Positions 18,756-26,663 of a DNA stretch of 32,000 nucleotides are shown here, in pieces; the stretch's first letter is position 1; each line of letters begins with the position of its first letter. Under the pieces are notes generated by a model. The model was not told the DNA's origin, made no database searches, and saw only the letters and a list, made by a program, of their open reading frames with translations. Location of the stretch: NCBI RefSeq assembly GCF_000189295.2, contig NC_016803.1, positions 1,320,001-1,352,000 on the forward strand, given 5' to 3'. The stretch is from Pseudodesulfovibrio mercurii. Lineage in GTDB: Bacteria > Desulfobacterota > Desulfovibrionia > Desulfovibrionales > Desulfovibrionaceae. The translations under genes were made by a program, and so were the position numbers.

Positions 18756-19475
18756 ATGACGACGAAGACGGCCATCGAACTCCGGAGCATATCCAAGGCC
18801 TACGGCCCGGCGGGCAACCAGGAGTATGCCCTGCGCGACGCCACCCTGGACGTGGTCCGGGGAGAGGTGCTCATGCTCATGGGCCCGTCGGGCAGCGGCA
18901 AGACCACCCTCCTGTCCATCATGGGCTGCATCCTCAAGCCCACCTCGGGCTCCATCACCGTGGCGGGACACGACGTGTCCGGCCTGTCCGAGCGGGCCCT
19001 GGGGAGGATCCGGCTCGACAACCTCGGCTACATCTTTCAGGAATACAACCTGTTCCCGACCCTCAACGTCCTCGAAAATGTCATGGTCGCCCTGGACCTG
19101 CGGGGCTACACCCGCCGCCGGGCCAGGGAGACGGCCATGAAGACCCTGGCCGACGTGGGCCTGGACGACAAGGCCCAGGTCAAGCCCGGGACCATGAGCG
19201 GCGGGCAGAAACAGCGCCTGGCCATCGCCCGCGCCCTGGCCGGGTCGCCGCAGGTCATCCTGGCCGACGAACCCACGGCCGCCCTGGACTCGGTCAACGG
19301 CCAGCAGGTCATGGAGCTGATGCACTCCCTGGCCAAGCGGGGCGACCGCGCCGTGGTCGTGGTCACCCATGACCCCAGGACCGTGGATTTCGCCGACCGC
19401 ATCGTGACCATCGAGGACGGCCTGCTCCACCCACAGCCCCAGGACGGGGCAAAGGCTCCCGAGAGGAAACCATGA
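18756..19475 (+). CDS. ABC transporter ATP-binding protein (MacB/LolD/DevA-like)
   Basis: Walker A GPSGSGKTT, signature MSGGQKQRLAIARAL, Walker B ILADEPT. RBS AAGGGGAGG. Confidence 0.9.
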   Translation: MTTKTAIELRSISKAYGPAGNQEYALRDATLDVVRGEVLMLMGPSGSGKTTLLSIMGCILKPTSGSITVAGHDVSGLSERALGRIRLDNLGYIFQEYNLFPTLNVLENVMVALDLRGYTRRRARETAMKTLADVGLDDKAQVKPGTMSGGQKQRLAIARALAGSPQVILADEPTAALDSVNGQQVMELMHSLAKRGDRAVVVVTHDPRTVDFADRIVTIEDGLLHPQPQDGAKAPERKP

Positions 19476-20572
19476 GAATAGTACTCTTGCTCCTGGCGAT
19501 CACCATCGGCGCCGCGGTCTACGTGGTCCATGAATCGCCGCAGTGGCTTTCCGCCTCCCTGCCCGACGTCGGCAGCTCCACCGAAGACATGGCCGCGACC
19601 CCGCCGATCAGTAACCGCTCCCCGTGGGTGGCGGCCTACGGCCGAGTCGAACCGGCCACCGAGGAACGTGACCTGGCCTTCGAAATCAGCGGGGTGATCG
19701 AATCCGTGGTGGTCGAGGAGGACGAGCACATCACCAGGGGCCAGCCCCTGGCCTATCTCCGCGACGACCAGTACGTGGCCCATCTGGCCACGGCCAAGGC
19801 CAACGCCCAGGCCAAGAAGGCGTACTACGACAAGCTGGTGGCCGGGGCGCGCAAGGAGGAGAAGAGCGAGGCCCAGTCCGTGGTCCAGCGGACCAAGTCC
19901 GTGATGATCAACGCGAGAAACGAAATGAACCGGCGCATGGAACTCCTCGACAAGAAACTCATCGCCAAGGAGGAGGTGGACCGGGCGACCAAGGACTTTC
20001 TCGTGGCCGAAAAGCAGTACGAGGAGGCCGTCCAGCGCATGCTCATCACTGAAAACCAGTCGCGCAAGGAAGACATCCTCATGGCCTGGGCCGAGTACCA
20101 GGCCGCGGTGCAGGGCGCCATGGAGGCCGAGGCCCAGCTGGACCAGACAGTGCTCCGTTCACCCATCGACGGCATCGTCCTGCGGCGCCACCGGTTGCCG
20201 GGCGAACATGTGTCGGTCTTCGTGGAGACCCCGGTCATGACCGTGGCCGACGTCAGCAAGTTCAACGTCCGGGCCGAACTGGACAAGAAGTTCGTGACCC
20301 TGGTGCACGCGGGCCAGGACGCCTACTTCACCAGCGAAGCCTTCGGCGACGAGCGGATCAGGGGCAAGGTGCTGCGCAAGGCGGGCACCATGCAGCTGAC
20401 CGAGATTCCGCCCCGGACGCCCGGCGAAAAAGTGGACAAGACCGTGCTCGAGGTGATCATCGCGCTGGAGCCCAGGGAAGGCATGGTCACCGGTTTGACC
20501 GGCGACGTCTTCATCCAGACGGAAAAGACCGTTGGCTCCGAATTCAACTCCATCGTCAACGACAAGCCCTGA
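19472..20572 (+). CDS. HlyD/DevB-family periplasmic adaptor (membrane fusion protein)
   Basis: ATGA start/stop overlap with the ATPase gene. N-terminal TM MRIVLLLLAITIGAAVYVV. Coiled-coil middle region and lipoyl/beta-barrel motifs (RSPIDGIVL). Confidence 0.8.
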   Translation: MRIVLLLLAITIGAAVYVVHESPQWLSASLPDVGSSTEDMAATPPISNRSPWVAAYGRVEPATEERDLAFEISGVIESVVVEEDEHITRGQPLAYLRDDQYVAHLATAKANAQAKKAYYDKLVAGARKEEKSEAQSVVQRTKSVMINARNEMNRRMELLDKKLIAKEEVDRATKDFLVAEKQYEEAVQRMLITENQSRKEDILMAWAEYQAAVQGAMEAEAQLDQTVLRSPIDGIVLRRHRLPGEHVSVFVETPVMTVADVSKFNVRAELDKKFVTLVHAGQDAYFTSEAFGDERIRGKVLRKAGTMQLTEIPPRTPGEKVDKTVLEVIIALEPREGMVTGLTGDVFIQTEKTVGSEFNSIVNDKP

Positions 20573-20579
20573 GGTGCCC

Positions 20580-21248
20580 ATGACTCCCCTGCTTGCCCGC
20601 ATCCTGCCGTTCTGTCTGTACATGGCCTTTGTCGCCGTCCCGGAGATCGGGACACGGTCCGGGCTGTTCGAGGTTTCCGCCCACACGGCGGCCGCCCTCT
20701 ACCCGGTCAAGATCGGATTGGTCGGCCTGGCCCTGGTGCTGCTGTGGAAGCGCTACGACGAGTTGTCCTGGGCGGACCTTGGTCGCATGAAGGACACGAC
20801 CCTGAGCCTCGTGTTCGGCGCGGTGTTGTTCGTCCTTTGGATCAACCTCGACATGCCCTTTGCCGTGACCGGCGACCCCCAGGGCTTCGATCCGAGCGGG
20901 TTCGGCGGCCTGCGGCTGCCCATGATCGCGGTCCGTCTCTTCGGCGCGGCGATCATCGTGCCCATCATGGAGGAGCTGTTCTGGCGCTCCTTCCTGGCCC
21001 GCTACCTGGTGGACAAGAACTTCACGGCGGTGCGCCACGGCACCTTCACGGTCTTCACCTTCACGGCCACGGCCATCCTGTTCGGCCTTGAGCACAACCT
21101 GTGGCTGGCGGGCATCCTGGCCGGTGTGGCGTATAACTATATATACATGCGCACCGGCAGCGTCGTGCAGTGCATCCTGTCCCACGGGGTCACCAATCTC
21201 CTCCTCGGCGTCTACGTCATCGCCACGGGCCACTGGCTTTTCTGGTAA
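20580..21248 (+). CDS. CPBP-family (CAAX-protease-like) intramembrane glutamic endopeptidase, PEP-CTERM-associated type
   Basis: 222 aa polytopic protein. All three CPBP motifs are present: EELFWRSF (EExxxR), FGLEHNLW (FxxxH) and SHGVTN (HxxxN). ATG 20580 lies 7 nt after the adaptor stop, with GAGGTG as RBS. Confidence 0.75.
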   Translation: MTPLLARILPFCLYMAFVAVPEIGTRSGLFEVSAHTAAALYPVKIGLVGLALVLLWKRYDELSWADLGRMKDTTLSLVFGAVLFVLWINLDMPFAVTGDPQGFDPSGFGGLRLPMIAVRLFGAAIIVPIMEELFWRSFLARYLVDKNFTAVRHGTFTVFTFTATAILFGLEHNLWLAGILAGVAYNYIYMRTGSVVQCILSHGVTNLLLGVYVIATGHWLFW

Positions 21249-21348
21249 CTGTTAAGAGTACCGAATATTACGTCGGATTACCTTACAGTCTATGCGCCGC
21301 CCATTTTTTCGGGGAAAAAAAATACAATGAAATCGGGCACAAATTCTT

Positions 21349-21364
21349 TGGCACACCACTTGCT
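21349..21364 (+). promoter_or_regulatory. Sigma-54 (-24/-12) promoter for the PEP-CTERM protein gene
   Basis: TGGCAC-ACCAC-TTGCT is a perfect match to TGGCAC-N5-TTGCW. It ends 41 nt upstream of ATG 21405, with a GGAGG RBS in between. Confidence 0.75.
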
Positions 21365-21404
21365 ACCATGGAGGAAAACGCACACCTTTATGGAGGCAAC
21401 GACA

Positions 21405-22340
21405 ATGAAGAGACTTTCCGCGATCATTATGACTATGGCCCTGACGCTCCTGCTCAGCAGCGTCGCCTACGCAAACTTCCTGGGCATGGACAGCAGCGAC
21501 TCCACCTACAAGTGGACGATCAGCGACATGTACCAGCAGATCGTCGATGCCGACGGCAACAACGTGGACATCGACACCAGCAGCCTGAACAGCGTGCTGA
21601 CCTCCATCGCCGACCTGCTCGCCAGCGGGACCGAGTTGTACCTCTGGGGGTACATCAATGTGACCACCGTCACGGACACCGGCGATGTTCCCCCCACCAA
21701 CGCCTGGTCTGAAAACGACATTCCCGACACCGTCACCGGCGTGTTCTGGGGCATCCAGATCGTGGGTGTTGACACCCCGGACGATCCTACCGCTGCCTCG
21801 ATCTTGTACTTCTCCGGTGGCCAAGGCGCCTTCTACGCCGGCACCTCCGATGGCGACAGCCTGCCCAGCCTGGATGTTTCCGACTACACGACCGATGGTA
21901 TCCTCGACGTGGCCGCCCTTCTGGCCGCCGAGTCTTCCTGGAGCGACACCGGCCGCTTCGCTGAACTCTTCGCCACCTTCGACTGGACCGACGGTGTCCT
22001 GCCCAGCAACACTCTGATCACCCAGGTCGCTCAGCTGACCGACCGTGACGAGACCACCGGCGACGTCGACAACGGCACCATCGCTCAGGGCAAGTTCAAC
22101 CTCGACGTGACCTCCGACAACAACTTCAGCGAGCTGATCGACTCCAACGCCTACGCCGGTGAGTCCGATGTCGAAGGCCAGGTTGCCATCCAGCTGTACG
22201 GCCAGGGCGGTTGGGACTTCTCCGGTGAGTCCGCTCACCTGAACATGACCACCGTTCCCGAGCCCAGCACCTTCCTGCTGATCGGCCTGGGCATGGTCGG
22301 CTGCTTCGCCTACGCTCGTCGCCGCCGCAACAACGCCTAA
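21405..22340 (+). CDS. PEP-CTERM sorting-domain protein, acidic and Thr/Asp/Ser-rich (exosortase substrate)
   Basis: Signal peptide MKRLSAIIMTMALTLLLSSVAYA. C-terminus VPEPSTFLLIGLGMVGCFAYARRRRNNA, which gives the PEP motif, a TM helix and an Arg cluster. Confidence 0.85.
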   Translation: MKRLSAIIMTMALTLLLSSVAYANFLGMDSSDSTYKWTISDMYQQIVDADGNNVDIDTSSLNSVLTSIADLLASGTELYLWGYINVTTVTDTGDVPPTNAWSENDIPDTVTGVFWGIQIVGVDTPDDPTAASILYFSGGQGAFYAGTSDGDSLPSLDVSDYTTDGILDVAALLAAESSWSDTGRFAELFATFDWTDGVLPSNTLITQVAQLTDRDETTGDVDNGTIAQGKFNLDVTSDNNFSELIDSNAYAGESDVEGQVAIQLYGQGGWDFSGESAHLNMTTVPEPSTFLLIGLGMVGCFAYARRRRNNA

Positions 22341-22369
22341 CCGAACGGTTGCCTTCAATTAACCGATAC

Positions 22370-22399
22370 GCGGGGCCAACAATGTTGGCCCCGCTTTTT
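22370..22399 (+). terminator. Rho-independent terminator after the PEP-CTERM gene
   Basis: GCGGGGCCAAC-AAT-GTTGGCCCCGC is a perfect 11-bp stem, followed by TTTTT. Confidence 0.75.
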
Positions 22400-22415
22400 G
22401 CTATTCGGAGCCCCC

Positions 22416-23159
22416 ATGAGCATCCCCCCGCGCAAGCTTGAAGAAGAAGTGATGATGGGCCGAGAGGAGGCCGCCGCCTACGACGGCCTGACCCGCAAAT
22501 TCCTCGACATCCTGCATGCCGGCTTCGTGGAGTCGGTGGTCAATCTCGCCCCGGCCCAGGGGCGTTTTCTCGATGTGGGCACGGGCACCGGCTGGATCGC
22601 CATCGGCGTGGCCCGACACTCGGGGGCACAGGTCACGGGCATCGACCTGTCGGACGACATGCTGGCCATCGCCCGCATGAACGCCGATAACGAGGGCGTG
22701 CGCAACGTGGAGTTCGTCAAGGGCAACGCCTCCCGTATCCCCTTTGACGACAACACCTTCGATGCGGTCTTCTGCCACAACATGCTCCACCACATTCCCG
22801 AGCCCGAGGGGCTGGTCCGGGAGATGCTGCGGGTGGCCAAACCCGAGGGGGCCGTGGTCATCCGGGACCTGAAGCGGCTGTCGAAATTCATGACAGCGCT
22901 ACACGTCAACCTGTTCGGACTGACCTACAACGAGCTGATGAAGAAGGAGTATCGGGATTCGATCATGGCCAGCCTGACCGAGGAGGAGATGCGGGACCTG
23001 GCCGACAGGGTGGGGCTGGGCCGCGAGACCTTCTCACGCGCCTTCGTCACCCACATGACCCTGGCCCGCCCGGCCGCGAACCGCAGGCCAGACCGGATCA
23101 CGGTGCCCGTGGCCCCGCACAAGAGCCTGGCCAAGAATTTCTACGTCTGCAAGGGCTAG
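22416..23159 (+). CDS. Class I SAM-dependent methyltransferase
   Basis: SAM-binding motif I FLDVGTGTGWIAIGVA. Downstream acidic and post-I motifs (GIDLSDDML, FDAVFCHNMLHH). ATG 22416 has a GGAG RBS. The ORF-track TTG at 22398 lies inside the terminator T-tract. Confidence 0.85.
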   Translation: MSIPPRKLEEEVMMGREEAAAYDGLTRKFLDILHAGFVESVVNLAPAQGRFLDVGTGTGWIAIGVARHSGAQVTGIDLSDDMLAIARMNADNEGVRNVEFVKGNASRIPFDDNTFDAVFCHNMLHHIPEPEGLVREMLRVAKPEGAVVIRDLKRLSKFMTALHVNLFGLTYNELMKKEYRDSIMASLTEEEMRDLADRVGLGRETFSRAFVTHMTLARPAANRRPDRITVPVAPHKSLAKNFYVCKG

Positions 23160-25189
23160 GCGTCGCCGCCCGGGAATGCGGTGAGCGGCTTCCGGTAGGT
23201 GCCGTACTTGATGCCCGGCCCGAAGCCCACCCGGAAGAAGAGCACCGGCCTGGACGCCAGGAATCCGGGGAAACATTCCTCGGCCAGAGACCAGGACCTG
23301 CCCAGCAGCTTGCCGTGGGCGGGCGAAAAGGACGTCTCCCCCTCCAACAGCCAGCGCAGCCGGAACAATGCCGGTGCGGCCGCAGGCTGGAACCGGATGC
23401 CGTAATGGGTGAAGGTCAGCCAGGCGCGCTCCAGCGCCCTGCCCGCCAGGAAGAGCGATTCCGTGTCCAGGGCCTGCGTGCTGATCAGTCCCACGCCTCC
23501 AGAACGAAGGATGCCCTTGCCCGAATGCGCGGCCACGCCACGTGAGGCGCCCAGGGTATTGAGGGCCTTCATGACCGACCAGGACCGGGTGGCCTTGAGG
23601 AACAGGTTGCCAGCGCGGCCCGCCTCAAGATTGCCGAGCGGGAACCCGTCCCGTGTCTCCTCGGCGTCCTTTTGCGTGAACCGGATCATGGCGTTCAAAT
23701 GCTCGTGGAGCCCGCGATGCTCCGTGCGGATGCGGTCCGCCAGGCACACGGATTCGGCGAACTTCTTCAATTGATCCTGGGCTGATATCCACTGCAGTGT
23801 GGTGCCGGGAAACCGCTCCACAGCCTCGCGGATGTGTTCCCAAACGCCGTCCGAGACCGGCTTCCGGCTGTAGAACTTGCGGTTGGTGCAACGCAGCCAG
23901 ACGGCGTCGTGCAGAACCGGTTCGTGGACGTCCTCCCCCTGTTTCAGGGTGAGAGCGGCCAAACGGATTTCCCCCGCCCCCTCTTCGGGACGCAGTTCCA
24001 CCTCGGGCTTGAGGCCGCAGGCCTGGGCGGCCAGGGTCATGTTCTCCATGGCCGCACCGCAGGCCACGATGGATGCGGCCTGCCGAACGTTGAAAAAGCT
24101 CTCGTCAGTGCCCTTGTCCAGGGACAGGACGATGCGTTCGCCCTTGCCCGAGAACCGCCACGGCTGGCAGTTGTCGCCCGACGGGGCCTGGACGCCCGCG
24201 CTGATGACGTAGTCGCGCACTGCGGCCAGACCGTCGGCGGCCAGATCCGGCTGCTCGGGCCTGACCGGACCGATGACCTTGTTCCTATCCAGCATGTAAT
24301 TCTTGGCGATCCACAACTTCAACCGTTGGACCGGATGCCGGTTGCCCATACGCAGCCGTCCCTTGACCAGCTTGCGGACATAGGGGTCGAATTGCAGGAA
24401 ATAGGGAACCGGCTTCACGCCCTTGCGGCCGAGCAGCAGACGCAGGGCCTCGGTCACGGCCAGGGACGCGCACAACTGGCAGGCGCAGCCCAGGGACGGC
24501 CCGCGCTTGGCCCGAAGATCCACGAAGTCCATGTTGACGTACCCGAAATGGGTGGGACGCGGGGCCAGGCCCATGGCGAACTTGAGGATGCGCTCGATGT
24601 ACGTGTCCTCTTCGCGGATGTCGAAATATTCGTCGAACCCCATGCCGTCGGGCGTGAACACCAGCAGGGCCGAACTGAAACCCATGGGCCCGGCGGTGAT
24701 CACCGGGATGCCCTTTTCCAGGGCCTTCTTGAAGACCATCCGGCGCACTTCGAAGACGAAGAAGTCCAACCCGTCCAGGACCAGGTCCGCCCCGTCCAGG
24801 AAGGCGTCCACGTTTTCCTCGGTCACCCCGTCCTCGAAGAGCGTGAGCGACAGGTGCGGATTGACCTCCAGGGCGTTCTCCGCCATGACGCGGAGTTTCT
24901 CCCGGCCGAAGGCCGAGACCGTGGCTCCGTACTGGCGGTTGCCGTTGACCGGATCAAAACGGTCGAAGTCGGCCAGCCGGAAGCCGCCCACGCCGCTGCG
25001 GGCCAGGGCGATCAGGTGTCCGCCCCCCACGCCGCCCAGACCGGCCACGGCCACCACGGCGTGCTGCAGCCGATTCTGCTCATTGGCGTCGAGCAGACCG
25101 AGATTTCGGCAAAAGGCCGCTTCCTGATACGTATTGTGGGAGGCGACGTGGAACACGTCGAGTTTCTGCCGGGTTTCCGGAGTATTCAA
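23156..25189 (-). CDS. Fusion protein: N-terminal ThiF/MoeB E1-like adenylyltransferase domain plus C-terminal nitroreductase-fold (FMN) region; architecture resembles M. tuberculosis Rv1355c
   Basis: 677 aa. Rossmann GxGxxG in VAVAGLGGVGGGHL with E1-like downstream sequence. After about residue 340, nitroreductase-like segments appear (AGVQAPSGDNCQPWRF ... WLRCTNRKFYSRKP). TTG start at 25189 is preceded by AAGGA. The domain call is by eye. Confidence 0.65.
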   Translation of the reverse strand: MNTPETRQKLDVFHVASHNTYQEAAFCRNLGLLDANEQNRLQHAVVAVAGLGGVGGGHLIALARSGVGGFRLADFDRFDPVNGNRQYGATVSAFGREKLRVMAENALEVNPHLSLTLFEDGVTEENVDAFLDGADLVLDGLDFFVFEVRRMVFKKALEKGIPVITAGPMGFSSALLVFTPDGMGFDEYFDIREEDTYIERILKFAMGLAPRPTHFGYVNMDFVDLRAKRGPSLGCACQLCASLAVTEALRLLLGRKGVKPVPYFLQFDPYVRKLVKGRLRMGNRHPVQRLKLWIAKNYMLDRNKVIGPVRPEQPDLAADGLAAVRDYVISAGVQAPSGDNCQPWRFSGKGERIVLSLDKGTDESFFNVRQAASIVACGAAMENMTLAAQACGLKPEVELRPEEGAGEIRLAALTLKQGEDVHEPVLHDAVWLRCTNRKFYSRKPVSDGVWEHIREAVERFPGTTLQWISAQDQLKKFAESVCLADRIRTEHRGLHEHLNAMIRFTQKDAEETRDGFPLGNLEAGRAGNLFLKATRSWSVMKALNTLGASRGVAAHSGKGILRSGGVGLISTQALDTESLFLAGRALERAWLTFTHYGIRFQPAAAPALFRLRWLLEGETSFSPAHGKLLGRSWSLAEECFPGFLASRPVLFFRVGFGPGIKYGTYRKPLTAFPGGDA

Positions 25190-25222
25190 GACAACGTCCT
25201 TTTCGAGCGGACAAGGTTAATG

Positions 25223-26116
25223 CTACATCAGGCCCTGTGCAAAAAATGCGTCGTGGTACATGAGCTGGAACCGATTACGTTGCTCCTTGGTCAGGCAGTC
25301 CAGAATTTCCGGACGCTTCTCCAGGAAGTAACACAGATTCTCCGGGCTCAGCGGCTTCTTTCTCTCCACGGGGTACAGGATGTGCGGGTCCATGATGGAG
25401 TTGTTGACCTTGGTGAAAAAGCTGTGCAGGTCCGTGTCGAAGTCCGACTTGCCATAGGCCTCGATCATGGCGTCGTCATAATCGCGGAACGAAATCCGCA
25501 AGGCCACCGCCGGGGCGCCCACGCCCTTGTACCAGCGCTCCTCCCCGAAGTCCTCGAACAGGAAGATTTCCTTGTAGAAACGGACGTGTTTGGGATTGAC
25601 CATGATGCACATGTCGTCCACGCCGGTCAGGTGCCCGTAGTTGAACATGGCCTTGGACAGATAGACGACCAGGTTGGACCACCGCCGCCGCCTGGGGGTG
25701 GCCAGCGCACCGAGCTCCGCGATCTTTCTCCCCTGCCCGCGCAGAACGTCCAGTTCCTTCTTGTACAGCGCGTCCATGGGCAGGCCGAAAGTCTCACTGT
25801 CGGCGTAATAGGACATGGTCGATATGACCTTCAGATATTCCTTGAAAATGAAGGCGCACGTGGTGGGAAGCAGGCTGTGCACGCTGAAGGACATCTCCGA
25901 GGGGTGGTCCTCGACGATGTACTTGGTTGAACGATAGACCGAATAGACCGTCCGGAAGGCCTGTTCGAGTTCATCCCGGGTTTCGGCGATCTTTATGCTT
26001 GGTTTTTCAAGCCCTTCCAGCTTGCTGTCCACAAGGGAAGACCGCCGGATACGTAAGGTCCTTCGACGTTCCACTCCGTTCTGCAAATCTACGCTGACCT
26101 TTCCTTTGCTTGACAT
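25223..26116 (-). CDS. GNAT-fold N-acyl amino acid synthase-like protein (FeeM / exosortase-associated acyltransferase type)
   Basis: 297 aa. The core IKIAETRDELEQAFRTVYSVYRSTKYI ... KIAELGALAT resembles FeeM/autoinducer-synthase-like N-acyltransferases. RBS GAAAGG. The gene starts 34 nt downstream of the PilZ gene stop. Assignment is from memory of the family, not from a search. Confidence 0.5.
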   Translation of the reverse strand: MSSKGKVSVDLQNGVERRRTLRIRRSSLVDSKLEGLEKPSIKIAETRDELEQAFRTVYSVYRSTKYIVEDHPSEMSFSVHSLLPTTCAFIFKEYLKVISTMSYYADSETFGLPMDALYKKELDVLRGQGRKIAELGALATPRRRRWSNLVVYLSKAMFNYGHLTGVDDMCIMVNPKHVRFYKEIFLFEDFGEERWYKGVGAPAVALRISFRDYDDAMIEAYGKSDFDTDLHSFFTKVNNSIMDPHILYPVERKKPLSPENLCYFLEKRPEILDCLTKEQRNRFQLMYHDAFFAQGLM

Positions 26117-26150
26117 CGCCTTTCATATTGCACAGGCAGGCACTCTCTGT

Positions 26151-26663
26151 CTATGCAATGTAGTGCTGTAACATGATATCCATCATGGAACGGGTCTCGG
26201 CGTTATTCCCTTCGAACACACCGACCAGGGTCAAGTCCCGATCGACCTTGTGACGAAGTCGCTTGCAATAGAACGACACGGTCTGCGATAATTCAGGAAT
26301 GGTGAAGAACACCTCGAAAAAGGATGAATTCGCCAAACGCTCTCCCATATCCGGAGAAACATCCTTGAACGATATCCGCAACCCTCCCTCGGAGACGTCA
26401 TCCACCATCACGGGGTAACTGCGCATCTCCCTGTCGGAAAACTTTACGCAAGATATCGCGGGAATTGACACATCCACCCTGGGATACTTCCGTCTGTCCT
26501 TTCCGTTCGCAGTCCAATCTCTGCTCATGAAGTCCCTCAGGCACCCCTCCACGATACCTGAAACAAACTGGGAACAATCCACCCCTTCTCCCCGTGCCAT
26601 GCGCTTGAGTGCCTGAAAACTCTCCTGATTCATGTCAAAACACACTTTCACCACTTCAGACAT
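26151..26663 (-). CDS. PilZ-domain protein (predicted c-di-GMP receptor) with a ~80-aa N-terminal domain of unknown function
   Basis: Canonical PilZ motifs RRKYPR (RRxxxR) and DDVSEGG (DxSxxG), about 30 residues apart. First ATG is at 26663. The ORF-track start at 26729 is a TTG without an RBS. Confidence 0.7.
   Translation of the reverse strand: MSEVVKVCFDMNQESFQALKRMARGEGVDCSQFVSGIVEGCLRDFMSRDWTANGKDRRKYPRVDVSIPAISCVKFSDREMRSYPVMVDDVSEGGLRISFKDVSPDMGERLANSSFFEVFFTIPELSQTVSFYCKRLRHKVDRDLTLVGVFEGNNAETRSMMDIMLQHYIA

Noticed and set aside
21249-21330. TTTTTTCGGGGAAAAAAAA and the CCGAATATTACGTCGG imperfect dyad after the CPBP gene, as a terminator or UAS.
   Set aside because: The A/T-only stem with a GC loop is too weak for a terminator call, and the dyad is imperfect and short. 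It may contribute to DNA bending upstream of the sigma-54 promoter, but I cannot support a discrete feature.
23156-25189. Interpretation of the ThiF-nitroreductase fusion as a TOMM/RiPP (azoline) maturation enzyme: an E1-like docking domain plus a SagB-like dehydrogenase.
   Set aside because: There is no YcaO cyclodehydratase gene in the window. I found no small Cys/Ser/Thr-rich precursor ORF in the adjacent intergenic regions. An Rv1355c-like architecture of unknown function describes it more safely.
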